Shown here piece after piece: positions 8,999-19,200 of a stretch of 51,553 nt of DNA. Positions within the stretch are counted from its first letter, which is position 1; each line of letters begins with the position of its first letter. The DNA comes from a bacterium (lineage in GTDB: Bacteria; Verrucomicrobiota; Kiritimatiellia; UBA8416), in the NCBI GenBank assembly GCA_020048935.1, contig JAIFLS010000029.1, positions 1 to 51,553 of the forward strand, in the 5' to 3' direction. The notes under the pieces were generated by a model. It ran no database searches. It was given only the letters and a program-made list of their open reading frames with translations, and was not told the origin of the DNA. The translations under genes and the position numbers were made by a program.

Positions 8999-10072
8999 AT
9001 GACATATGCCGAACCGTTAAGTTTCTTAAAAGGAGCCAGGGTGATGATCACGGGGGGGACGGGATCCCTCGGGCATGCGTTAACACGAATTCTGTTAAGC
9101 GAAAGTCAGGTGTCCAGTGTAATTATCTTCAGTCGTGACGAGTATAAGCAGTACCAGATGCAGTTGCAAATGCCCGCGAACGCGCTGAAACGGATGCGAT
9201 TTTTCCTAGGAGATGTGCGTGACGAGCAGCGGTTGCGCCGTGCCATGCGCGGTGTCGATTACGTGATTCATGCGGCGGCACTTAAGCATGTTCCGGCGGC
9301 GGAGTATAATCCGTTCGAATTCATCAAGACCAATGTCATGGGCGCGGAAAATGTCATCAACGCCTGTCTGGACACGGGCGTAAAGCGTGTGGTCGCGCTA
9401 AGTACGGATAAAGCCGCGACACCGATTAATTTGTATGGGGCGACTAAATTATGTTCGGACAAGCTTTTTGTGTCGGGGAACAACTACAGTGGTAAAAACC
9501 CGACGCGTTTTGCTGTCGTTCGCTATGGCAACGTGGTTGGAAGCCGGGGCAGTGTGGTCCCCTTTTTCCTGCAGGAGCGGGCCAAGGGCGTCTTGCCGAT
9601 CACCGATCGGAATATGACCCGATTCTGGATTACGATCGAACAAGGGGCGTGGCTGGTATTCAATGCGTTGCGCCAAATGGCGGGGGGCGAGATCTTTGTC
9701 CCGCGAATTCCCAGTATGCGAGTCGAGGAATTGGCGCGGACCATAGCGCCGGAATGCGAAATGAAGGAAGTCGGCATTCGGCCCGGGGAGAAAATGCATG
9801 AGGTGATGGTCCCGTTGGATGATGGTCGGTCCACAATGGCCTTTGATACCCATTTTGTAATTCTTCCCCAGCAATCGTTGCCGCAATGGGCCATCAAGGC
9901 TGACGATTGCATTGCCAGGGGTGGCAAACCTTGCCCCTCCGATTTCTATTTCGGCAGCGATAACAATACCGAATGGCTACAGAACGGTGAATTAGCCCGG
10001 ATGATTGCCTGTCTTGATCTACCGGAAGCCCAGGCGTGGTCTCTTGAACGTGGTCTCAGTGGGCATTCGTGA
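8999..10072 (+). CDS. pseB: UDP-N-acetylglucosamine 4,6-dehydratase (inverting), PseB/FlaA1 type
   Basis: ITGGTGSLG, FFLGDVRD, HAAALKHVPAAEYNP, LSTDKAATPINLYGATKLCSDKLF, VRYGNVVGSRGSVVPFF and MTRFWIT are near-colinear with FlaA1/PseB as I recall it. I prefer the ATG at 8999 because AGGAGG lies 8984-8989; the track ORF starts at 8873. Confidence 0.9.
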   Translation: MTYAEPLSFLKGARVMITGGTGSLGHALTRILLSESQVSSVIIFSRDEYKQYQMQLQMPANALKRMRFFLGDVRDEQRLRRAMRGVDYVIHAAALKHVPAAEYNPFEFIKTNVMGAENVINACLDTGVKRVVALSTDKAATPINLYGATKLCSDKLFVSGNNYSGKNPTRFAVVRYGNVVGSRGSVVPFFLQERAKGVLPITDRNMTRFWITIEQGAWLVFNALRQMAGGEIFVPRIPSMRVEELARTIAPECEMKEVGIRPGEKMHEVMVPLDDGRSTMAFDTHFVILPQQSLPQWAIKADDCIARGGKPCPSDFYFGSDNNTEWLQNGELARMIACLDLPEAQAWSLERGLSGHS

Positions 10073-11229
10073 GCATGAAAAAGATTCCTTATGGCCGGCA
10101 TACGATCACGGAGCAGGATATCGAAGCCGTGGTTCACGTGCTGCGTTCCGATACCTTGACGCAAGGGCCTTGCATTGCTGCGTTTGAGGCCGCATTTGCC
10201 GACTATGTCGGGGCTCCCTATGCCGTGGCCGTAACCAATGGCACCGCCGCGCTGCATCTCTGTGCGTTGGCCTTGGGCGTACAGCCGGGGCAAAAGGTCA
10301 TTACGACGCCAATCACCTTTGCGGCGACCGCCAATTGCGCCCGGTTCGTAGGGGCCGAAGTCGTTTTTGCCGATATTGATCCGGAAACGTATCTGCTGGA
10401 TATTACCCAAGTGGAAACCCTATTGGCGACGGCCCCGAAAGGAACCTACGCCGCCATCATCCCCGTTGATTTTGCAGGCAGGGCGGTTGACCTTGAGGCA
10501 TACCGTCAGCTGGCCGATGCGTATGGATGCCGTCTGATCGAGGATGCCTGCCACGCCCCCGGTGGCTTCTTTACGGATGCCGCGGGCCAGAGACAAGGCT
10601 GCGGCAATGGTCAGTTCGCGGATGCCTCTGTTTTTTCATTTCACCCCGTCAAGCATATCGCGGCGGGTGAGGGGGGCATGATAACCACTGCCAGCCGCGC
10701 GCTATATGAACACTTGCGGAACCTGCGGACGCATGGCATCCAGCAGATTCCCGAAAAACGGGAGCAGAATCACGGCGTCTGGTACTACGAAATGCAGATG
10801 CTGGGGTACAACTACCGGATGACCGATATCCAGGCTGCATTAGGGACGAGTCAGTTAACGCGCGCCGGGCAGGGCTTGCAACGGCGACATGCGTTAGCGA
10901 GAACGTATCAGGAAGCCTTAGCAGGTCAGGCGTTTATAACGCATTTGCCTTCATACTCCGAGGGGCACGCCTACCACCTGTTCGTCGCTGAATTCAAGAA
11001 TCGTGATGGACTGATCATGCATTTGCGTGAAAAGGGAATCTTTGCCCAGGTCCATTATATCCCGTTGCACCTGATGCCGTATTTCCGTGACCAGGGGGGA
11101 TGGAAGGCAGGTGATTTGCCCTGTGCGGAAGCCTATTACCGTGGCTGCCTGAGCCTTCCGCTTTACCCGGCTTTAAGCGATACGGAGCAACAGTATGTCA
11201 TCAAATCCGTGTTTGATTTTTACGGATGA
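10069..11229 (+). CDS. pseC: UDP-4-amino-4,6-dideoxy-N-acetyl-beta-L-altrosamine transaminase (DegT/PseC family)
   Basis: IPYGRHTITEQDIEAVVHVLRSDTLTQGP, TNGTAALHL, SFHPVKHIAAGEGG (PLP-Lys region), GYNYRMTDIQAALG. It overlaps the pseB stop by 4 nt, or starts at the ATG at 10075. Confidence 0.9.
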   Translation: MSMKKIPYGRHTITEQDIEAVVHVLRSDTLTQGPCIAAFEAAFADYVGAPYAVAVTNGTAALHLCALALGVQPGQKVITTPITFAATANCARFVGAEVVFADIDPETYLLDITQVETLLATAPKGTYAAIIPVDFAGRAVDLEAYRQLADAYGCRLIEDACHAPGGFFTDAAGQRQGCGNGQFADASVFSFHPVKHIAAGEGGMITTASRALYEHLRNLRTHGIQQIPEKREQNHGVWYYEMQMLGYNYRMTDIQAALGTSQLTRAGQGLQRRHALARTYQEALAGQAFITHLPSYSEGHAYHLFVAEFKNRDGLIMHLREKGIFAQVHYIPLHLMPYFRDQGGWKAGDLPCAEAYYRGCLSLPLYPALSDTEQQYVIKSVFDFYG

Positions 11230-11304
11230 GGCGCCAGGTGCAGGCAATTATTGCCGATCCTGGGCTGGCGCCGCTTGTGCTAGTCGCCTTCTAAGGCATG
11301 ATAA

Positions 11305-11985
11305 ATGGCAGCTATTGTGGCGGCAGGGACCGTCGGGAGCAAAACGTTGAAGTCGTCGGTTACATCTGGATACCGCACGGGCAAAACGACCGTTTCATGG
11401 CGGAGTCGTGCTGCCCCAGTTTATTCTTTTTCCCTCATGTTTCTTATGTATTTCGGGGTTACAGTAGTAGCCTCGGATCAAACCACTATTGCTCAGCCGG
11501 ACCTTCAGGTCGGTGGATTTTCTGTTTTCGGGACGAATGTGACGGGAGCCACCAGCGTGACCTCGGGGTGGGGCAGCGTTTATATGGACGGCAATCTCCA
11601 GGTCAATTCCAATGTGGTGGTCAACGGGCAGATCGTGAGCACCAACCTAGTACAAGTCAGGCGCATTGCTATCAGCAAGAATGATCAATTATTGACGGCT
11701 GGATCGGCGATCCAGCCGGTTTCGTCGTATGTCCGTGTGCGTGGTGATACGGAGCCGGTCTCACTGGGTAGCCCGCAGATCGCGGCCGGTCAGCCGGGGC
11801 AGTTGCTGACGTTGCAAGGCGTGGCGAGCGGATTGAAGGTGAACCTGGTCAACGGGAATGGCTTGCGGACCAATCTGGAGCAGCCGTTCAGCCTCGGGGA
11901 ATACGATACGATCCAGTTTATTTTTGATGACAGTAGCGGTAATTGGGTGGAGATCAACAGGAGTAACAATCGATGGAGCAACTAA
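11305..11985 (+). CDS. Hypothetical protein sharing a ~85-aa C-terminal module with the downstream fibre protein
   Basis: The C-terminus (SYVRVRGDTEPVSLGSPQIAAGQPGQLLTLQG...YDTIQFIFDDSSGNWVEI) aligns with the C-terminus of the 12112..15726 product. The start is uncertain; an alternative ATG at 11437 gives MFLMYFGVTVVA. Confidence 0.6.
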   Translation: MAAIVAAGTVGSKTLKSSVTSGYRTGKTTVSWRSRAAPVYSFSLMFLMYFGVTVVASDQTTIAQPDLQVGGFSVFGTNVTGATSVTSGWGSVYMDGNLQVNSNVVVNGQIVSTNLVQVRRIAISKNDQLLTAGSAIQPVSSYVRVRGDTEPVSLGSPQIAAGQPGQLLTLQGVASGLKVNLVNGNGLRTNLEQPFSLGEYDTIQFIFDDSSGNWVEINRSNNRWSN

Positions 11986-12111
11986 CAGGAGAAGCTCATG
12001 TATGAAAAACCAGGATGCAGGCGGCCTTTAATACGCCTGAAACACGCGGACCTTGTCAGGTTCGGCAACAACGGGCAGGAAACGAGTACACAACAGGAAA
12101 CAGGAGGAAGC

Positions 12112-15100
12112 ATGAAGAGGGTATGGCAGTTATTAACGCTGGCATTGGGGTTTGTGGCAGGGACAACAGCACTCGCCGTTGAGGACGGACTGGGTACGAA
12201 CCATGTGCGCACGCTCAAGGTTTATAACGGGATTCTGCTCGGAGGGGAGACGATTACGAGCTGGGAAGACGTTTCCGGCAGTACGTTGACAAATAATTCC
12301 ATCGCGACCGGTATGATCCAAAATGGGGCCGTGACGGCGGATAAGATCGGTGCAGCCGTGGCTGGTGCCGGTTTGACCGGAGGCGCGGGCAGTGCGCTCG
12401 CGGTTGGGCAAGGCGACGGTATCAGCGTTGGGGCCGATGCGGTGGCCGTGGACAGTACGGTCATTCGTAATACCGGCAACCAGACCGTCTCGGGGATCAA
12501 GACCTTTGACGGGACGGTGATCGTGCCGGCCCCGTCGGCGGATACGCATGCGTCCACCAAGAAATATGTCGATGACAAGCTCAGCAGTTCGGTGGCCTCG
12601 GGCTCCGCTAGCAACCAAACCTTGCGCTGGACCGGCACGGTATGGACCAATACCGCCGGGCTGACCGTGGATGGCAGCAGTAACGTCGCCGTCGGCGGCA
12701 CGCTGGGCGTTACCGGCATCAGCACCCTTTCGGCCACGACCACCTCGACCACGAAGGACACGGGGGCCCTGGTTGTCGAAGGCGGCGTGGGTGTCGAGGA
12801 AAACCTCAACGTCGGTGGTAACATTGCGGCCACCGGTAATATCGGAGCGTCCGGAAATCTGACGACGACAGGCGATCTTTCGGTGAATGGCAACACGACG
12901 CTTGGGAATGCGGGCACGGATACGATTACCTTCACTGGCAAGGCGGCCAGTAGCCTGAATATGGACAATACCTACACGGTAACCGGGCTGGCCGCTCCAT
13001 CTGCAGATGCGGATGCGGCGACCAAGCTATACGTCGACAGCGCCATCAATGGGCTCTCGTGGAAAGCGCCCGTCGTGGCATCGACCGATGGAAACATTAA
13101 TCTGGGTGCTACTCTCGACGGCGTCGTCATTGATAGCGTCGTCACCTTGGCGGTAGGTGACCGCCTCTTGGTGCGCGCCCAGTCGACCGCCAGCCAGAAC
13201 GGTATCTATGTGGTCAATGCGGGCGTCGCCACGCGGGCGACTGATCTGGATGCGACGGCGGAACTCGCTGGAGCAGCCGTATTTGTAAGGGGTGGTACCG
13301 CCCGCGCCGGCACGGCGTGGGTCTGCACAACCCCGGGCATTACGCTGGGTTCGGCTACGCTGACCTTTACGCAGTTCGCCTCCCCCGGAACGTATACAGC
13401 AGGGGACGGGCTCAATCTGGCCGGACTGGAGTTCTCGGTCGATGCGGCCGATATTACCGGTGCTGGTCTTGAAGTCAACGGGAGCGATATCCGTATTGCT
13501 GCCGCTGCGGCTGGCGCTGGTTTGACCGGCGGTGCCGGCAGTGCGTTGGCCGTAGGAGCTGGCGATGGTATCTCCGTGGCGGCTGACGCCGTGGCGGTGG
13601 ACTCCACCGTTATTCGTACAACCGGAGCACAATCGATTGCCGATGTCAAAACGTTCACATCCTCCCCGGTCGTGCCAACGCCGACCACGGACATGCAGGC
13701 GTCCACCAAGAAATATGTCGACGACAAGCTGAGCAGCTCGGTGTCGAGTGGGGCGTCGACGAATGAAACCTTGCGATGGACCGGAACAACCTGGACGAAT
13801 ACCGCCGGACTGACGATTGATGCAAGTTCCAATGTGATCGTCGCGGCCTCGACCCAGTCAACGACCAAGGATACGGGGGCACTGATCGTTGAAGGCGGCG
13901 TGGGCGTTGAGAAGAACCTCTATGTCGGCGGCGCGGCTGGCGTGACGGGGAATATCACCGTTGGCGGTACGGCAGGGATCACGGGCATCACGACGTTGTC
14001 GGCTTCGACCGCCTCGACCGACAAGGATACTGGAGCGTTGGTCGTCGAGGGTGGCGTCGGTGTCGAGGGTGCGATCAATGCCGGTGGTGCGATTGCCGCC
14101 GTCGGGAATCTATCGGCTGGGGGCAACATCACCGCGACAGGGGATATTTCCGCGAACGGCAATACGACACTCGGTAATGCGGGTACGGATACGATCACCT
14201 TCACGGCCAAGGCGGCTAGTGACCTGAACATGAATACCTCTTATAAAGTGACCGGACTGGCGGCCCCGACCGCAGCGGCCGATGCGGCCACCAAGCTGTA
14301 TGTTGACAGTGCGATCAACGGACTATCCTGGAAAGATGCTGTCAAAGTCGCCACCACGGCTTCCGGCACGTTGTCCTCCTCGTTTGCCAATGGACAGACG
14401 GTGGATGGAATTGCGCTGGTCACCGGTGACCGCATCCTGATCAAGAATCAGAGCAGCCCGGTCGTGAACGGAGTCTATGTCGTCCAGGCTAGCGGAGCCC
14501 CTGTCAGGGCCGAGGATATGAATGCTAGTGATGAACTGGCCGGTGCGGCGGTATTTGTCGCGCAGGGCACCGCCAACAACGGAACGGCTTGGGTATGTAC
14601 CACGCCCCTTGCCGCGATTGGGACAGAAGACCTCACCTTCACACAATTCGCTTCGCCCGGCACTTACAGTGCGGGTGACGGCATGGATCTGGCCGGGCTG
14701 GTGTTCTCTGCCAAACCGGCTGATTTCGCAGGTACGGGCCTGGAGGTCAACAGCGGTGACCTGCGCATTGCGGCCGCTGCGGCCGGTGACGGGTTGACGG
14801 GCGGTGGCGGAAGTGCGCTGGCGGTCAACACCAGCGTGGTTCGGACGACCGGTGCTCAATCGATCGCCGATGTGAAGACCTTCACCTCCTCCCCGGTCGT
14901 GCCAACGCCGACCACGGATATGCAGGCGTCCACCAAGAAGTATGTCGATGACAAACTCAACAGTTCGGTGGCCTCGGGGTCCGCTAGCAACGACACCTTG
15001 CGCTGGACCGGCACGGTATGGACCAATACCGCCGGGCTGACCGTGGACGGCAGCAGTAACGTCGCCGTCGGCGGCACGCTGGGCGTTACCGGCATCACCA

Positions 15101-15726
15101 CCCTCTCCGCGACGACCACCTCGACGACCAAGGACAATGGCGCGTTGGTTGTGCAAGGCGGCGTGGGTGTCGAGGAGAACCTCAACGTCGGCGGTGCTGT
15201 GAAAGTGGCCTCCACGACGGCATCAACCGATAAGGATAGCGGCGCACTGGTGCTGGAGGGCGGACTGGGACTGGAAGGGGCCATCAATGCGGGCGGCAAT
15301 ATTGATGGTGCCGGAACGTTGACGATTGATGGAAACACCACGCTGGGTGATGCCGTCGCAACGGATACCGTCACCATCAATGCCAAGACAACTCTGGGTG
15401 GTTCCGTCGTGCTGACGCCGTCCTCTTTGCTTGATATTGCTGTCACAGGAATCACGGCCACCCACATTCAACTGCCATATCTACAGGTGCGCGGAAATGG
15501 AGGACCGATTGATGTTACCGCCAATCCTCAGATTGCCGCTGGCACTGCGGGGCAGATGGTGACACTGCAGGGGATGTCGGACACCAACACATTGAAGCTG
15601 GACGACGGGACCGGGCTTGCTTTGTCCGAGGGGGTCGCGTTTACGCTGAAAGCCGGTCATTTGATCCAGTTTATCTATGACGGCAGCGTTTGGCGCGAGA
15701 CGTTCCGCACGGTTCCGGCACCTTAA
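12112..15726 (+). CDS. Secreted giant fibre protein, phage-tail-fibre-like, with ~2.5 large internal repeats
   Basis: AGGAGGA RBS then the ATG at 12112. Signal peptide MKRVWQLLTLALGFVAGTTALA. Repeated ~390-420-aa units contain tail-fibre-type motifs (..DAATKLYVDSAINGLSWK.., GDR(L/I)L(V/I)..Q....NG(I/V)YVV......RA.D......LAGAAVFV..GT...GTAWVCTT, ASTKKYVDDKL). The repeats are also near-identical at nucleotide level. Confidence 0.8.
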   Translation: MKRVWQLLTLALGFVAGTTALAVEDGLGTNHVRTLKVYNGILLGGETITSWEDVSGSTLTNNSIATGMIQNGAVTADKIGAAVAGAGLTGGAGSALAVGQGDGISVGADAVAVDSTVIRNTGNQTVSGIKTFDGTVIVPAPSADTHASTKKYVDDKLSSSVASGSASNQTLRWTGTVWTNTAGLTVDGSSNVAVGGTLGVTGISTLSATTTSTTKDTGALVVEGGVGVEENLNVGGNIAATGNIGASGNLTTTGDLSVNGNTTLGNAGTDTITFTGKAASSLNMDNTYTVTGLAAPSADADAATKLYVDSAINGLSWKAPVVASTDGNINLGATLDGVVIDSVVTLAVGDRLLVRAQSTASQNGIYVVNAGVATRATDLDATAELAGAAVFVRGGTARAGTAWVCTTPGITLGSATLTFTQFASPGTYTAGDGLNLAGLEFSVDAADITGAGLEVNGSDIRIAAAAAGAGLTGGAGSALAVGAGDGISVAADAVAVDSTVIRTTGAQSIADVKTFTSSPVVPTPTTDMQASTKKYVDDKLSSSVSSGASTNETLRWTGTTWTNTAGLTIDASSNVIVAASTQSTTKDTGALIVEGGVGVEKNLYVGGAAGVTGNITVGGTAGITGITTLSASTASTDKDTGALVVEGGVGVEGAINAGGAIAAVGNLSAGGNITATGDISANGNTTLGNAGTDTITFTAKAASDLNMNTSYKVTGLAAPTAAADAATKLYVDSAINGLSWKDAVKVATTASGTLSSSFANGQTVDGIALVTGDRILIKNQSSPVVNGVYVVQASGAPVRAEDMNASDELAGAAVFVAQGTANNGTAWVCTTPLAAIGTEDLTFTQFASPGTYSAGDGMDLAGLVFSAKPADFAGTGLEVNSGDLRIAAAAAGDGLTGGGGSALAVNTSVVRTTGAQSIADVKTFTSSPVVPTPTTDMQASTKKYVDDKLNSSVASGSASNDTLRWTGTVWTNTAGLTVDGSSNVAVGGTLGVTGITTLSATTTSTTKDNGALVVQGGVGVEENLNVGGAVKVASTTASTDKDSGALVLEGGLGLEGAINAGGNIDGAGTLTIDGNTTLGDAVATDTVTINAKTTLGGSVVLTPSSLLDIAVTGITATHIQLPYLQVRGNGGPIDVTANPQIAAGTAGQMVTLQGMSDTNTLKLDDGTGLALSEGVAFTLKAGHLIQFIYDGSVWRETFRTVPAP

Positions 15727-15733
15727 GGGTGGC

Positions 15734-16234
15734 ATGATGAAAGGACCGTATAGAGGGAAATGGCTGCTGCTGTTGCTGGTGCCCGTCGGGATATGGGGTG
15801 CTGGCGCAGCAGCGGTCCACGACGGGGAAGGGACCAGTCATGTCGGGGCGCTGAGTGCCACGTCCATTGCCCTGGGCGGCGATCAGCGTGCCCAATGGCC
15901 TGCACGTAATGCCAGTGCCGGGGGTGGCCCTTTCGACTTCAGGACGCATTCAAACCAGGTGTTCTGGACGTCGGCCGTCCTTTCAAGTGGCCTGCTCAAG
16001 AATGTAAAGGTGCAGGTGGATCAAGGGACGGCAGCGATCAATATTGTCCGTGCCAAGTGGACTGACGCCTGGGGCACGTACAGCGTGGTCGGCGGTTTTG
16101 AAGCCGATGGCAGTGGAGCGACGTTTACCAACTGGACGTCGGCCTGGGTGAGTAATGACTATCGCCTTGGTGTTGTCGTGACCAACTTTACGACCGGTAC
16201 GAACCTATGGTGGTCGATCGAGTACAGCCGGTGA
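15734..16234 (+). CDS. Small exported protein; its N-terminus is similar to that of the fibre protein
   Basis: The ATG at 15734 lies 8 nt after the fibre gene stop. Signal peptide KWLLLLLVPVGIWGAGAAA. AVHDGEGTSHVGAL....LGG....W parallels AVEDGLGTNHVRTL....LGG....W in the fibre protein. Confidence 0.6.
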   Translation: MMKGPYRGKWLLLLLVPVGIWGAGAAAVHDGEGTSHVGALSATSIALGGDQRAQWPARNASAGGGPFDFRTHSNQVFWTSAVLSSGLLKNVKVQVDQGTAAINIVRAKWTDAWGTYSVVGGFEADGSGATFTNWTSAWVSNDYRLGVVVTNFTTGTNLWWSIEYSR

Positions 16235-16267
16235 GGAAAGGAATGCTGCCGGGGCATGTCATAAACA

Positions 16268-19200
16268 ATGCGAAACGCGATTACCATAACGGGGTTGCTC
16301 CTGACCGCTTGCCTAGCGGTGTCCGGCCAGGTGCATTATGTCTCGCACTGGGGATCGCATACGCCGCCGTTTGATTCCTGGGAAACCGCGGCTACCAACG
16401 TGGTTGATGCGCTTGACGTGGCGTCTGACGGTGCGGTTGTCTGGGTCACGAATGGCGTCTACCGCAGCGGTAGCGCCGATGTCGGCGGGCTTCATGCACG
16501 CGCGTATATAACGCGCGCGATCACGTTGGGCAGCATCAATGGCGCGAGCCATACGGTGCTTGAGGGGGCCTTTCACAGCGCGAGCGTGCCGGTCGGTTCG
16601 GATGCGGTGCGGACGCTGTACATGACCAATGGCGTTCTCGACGGCTTTACATTGCGCCGGGGCGGCACGGCGGAGGCGGGCGACGAATCCGCGATTTCCG
16701 GTGGTGGTGTCTATGCCGATGGCGGCGTGCTTCGCAATATCCGTGTCGCGGGGAATCATGGCCAGACGGCCGGTGGGGCCTGGCTCCAGAATTGCAGTGT
16801 CAGTAACGCCGTTTTCTCCGCCAACCTTTCCGAAACCGGACCGCGGGTCAAAATCAACAGGCAGGTCTTTTTGGAGAACTGCCGTTTCAACAGCGACGGC
16901 ATGATGTTTCCGGATGCTCGCATTCTCGGGACTAATGGCGTGGAAATCGTGAATGGAGACGATGCAACCTCGGTGGACCTCGGGACGCACTTCGGGCAGG
17001 TGCATGCCATTACTGCCGCGGTCAGTCATGTTTTCATGGTGACCAATCAGGGCGTCAGGCCGCTGTTGGTCAGTGATGTCGCCTTTCAGGGCGGCAACAC
17101 GAACGACTGGGCCGTCCTCGGGTGGCCCGGCAGTGGCATTGAGCCGGGCGCATCGGCACCGTTGACCATCCGCTTCGATCCCCAGGCCCCGGGCGTTCGT
17201 CGTACGCTTCTTTTTGCCTTCAATAATGACCCCGACGATGATCCCTACGCCCTCTGGTTGAGTGGCGAGGGCGTCCAGGCGGAAATGCTCGTGCTGGCGA
17301 CGAATGATTACAGCGTACTCAGCAACGGGGTGGTGAACCCATTGCTTGCGCAGGGCACCGACTTCGGGGATGTCCGTCTCACCGGTGATCCGGCTGCAAA
17401 CGCCTACATTGTCACGAATACTGGCAGTGCGACAATGCATATCTCGTCGATCGCGGCCAGCCAGATGAATGCCTCTGATTTTTCTGTGACCGACCCCGCT
17501 GCGTTCCCCGTCTCCGTAGCGCCGGGCGGCACCAATACGGCCACGCTGGTGTTTGCGCCACAGGCGCTCGGGTATCGGGCAACGCTGCTGCGGGTCGAGA
17601 GCGATGCGGTCAATAGTCCCTACCTCTTCGGCATCATCGGGCGTGGCGTGGAGCCGGAGATGCGTGTACTGGGAACGAACAGCGCCTGGGTGGTCAATGG
17701 CGACAGCACCCCCGCATTCGCCGACGGTACGGATTTCGGCTTGTTCACGGCGGCTCCCATTGTCCGAACCTTTTCCATCACCAATGCGGGTAGCCATTTG
17801 CTGACGCTGACCGGTACGGCGCATGTCGTCATGCGGGGTGCCAATCCAGCCGACTTCACCGTGACGGCCCAGCCGGTTTCCCAGATTGCGCCAGCAAGTG
17901 CCGCTACTTTCACGATATCCTTCACGCCGTTGGTGGCCACGTCGCGCACGGCGGAGGTCTTTGTTTACAGCGATGATGTGTATTATACAAATGCCGTTTA
18001 CCAGTTCAGCATTCGCGGCGCGTGTGATCCCGCCAACCTGTTTGCCAATATCCAGGCCGATGTTCGACCCGCTAGCTCGGTGGCGATGGCCTGGGGCGAT
18101 TTCAATAACGACGGCCTCGCCGATCTGGCGGTATGCGGCAACGATGGTAGCGAACGCTTTACCTCGCTCAATATGAACCTCGGTGGCGGCAGTTTCAGCA
18201 ATATCAATGCTGGGTTGCCCGGGGTAGACTCCGGGCAGCTCGCCTGGGGCGATTGCAATAATGATGGCTGGCTGGATCTGGCGGTTTCGGGTATCAGTAC
18301 CAGCGGTCCGCTGACTGCGGTATTCCGCAATAATAGCGATAGCACGTTCAGCAACATCGATGCAGGGCTCACGGGACTTTATGCGGGCGGGCTGGCGTGG
18401 GGTGATCTGGATAACGACGGCGACCTGGATCTATTCGTGTCCGGTTATACGCTCAGCGACTCCGCCAGCCCGCTTTACCGGAATAATGGGGATGAAACCT
18501 TCACGCTCGTCAGCACCTCGATTCCGGACCTGCGCGATGGTCAGGCGGCCTGGCTGGATGCGGATCAGGATGGCTGGCAGGATCTGCTGGTCAGCGGTCA
18601 GTCCGGCGAAGACCGTATAGCCAGGGTTTACCGCAACATCAGTGGTGTCCTGACGAATCAGGCAAACGCGGGGCTAGCGGGTGTTTCGCATGGTGGCTTT
18701 GCGATCGCCGATTTCAATAATGACGGTATGGCCGATATCGCCACGACGGGCTACGGGACGGAGGGAAGGCTGAGCGATGTGTACACGTACGGCGGTTCAA
18801 ACAGTCTTTATACGATTACGACGACCTCGCTGGAGCCGCTCTGGCTAGGGCGCGCCGCCGCGGGCGATCTGGATAATAACGGATGGATGGACTTGATGCT
18901 TTCCGGTGAAGGATCGGGTGGGGTGCGGGCAACGCGACTCTATATGAATCACAGTGGCACTTTCTCGAATATCACATCTGCCATTCCCGATTTGCGCGTA
19001 TCAAGCATGGTGTTTGGTGACTATGACGATGACGGCGATCTGGATACTGCCGTTGCCGGATTGTCGGCAACGGGTCAATTCTCGGCCATTTATCGGAACC
19101 TGTCTGCTGCCTCGAATCAACCCCCCAGTGCACCGGCAGGATTGATGGCAACGTTGACCAACGGAAATGAGGTCGCATTGCGCTGGGATGCGGCGACGGA

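Noticed and set aside
11998-16234. Prophage or tail module, suggested by the tail-fibre-like motifs
   Set aside because: No capsid, portal, terminase, tape-measure, baseplate or lysis genes occur in the window. The fibre protein has a Sec signal peptide, and the flanks are pseBC and an FG-GAP protein. The recombinase at 45.4 kb belongs to the integron.
16313-17824. 503-aa ORF on the minus strand
   Set aside because: It is entirely antisense to the well-supported 1264-aa gene. Its Arg/Gly/Pro-rich, low-complexity translation is typical of shadow ORFs in GC-rich DNA.
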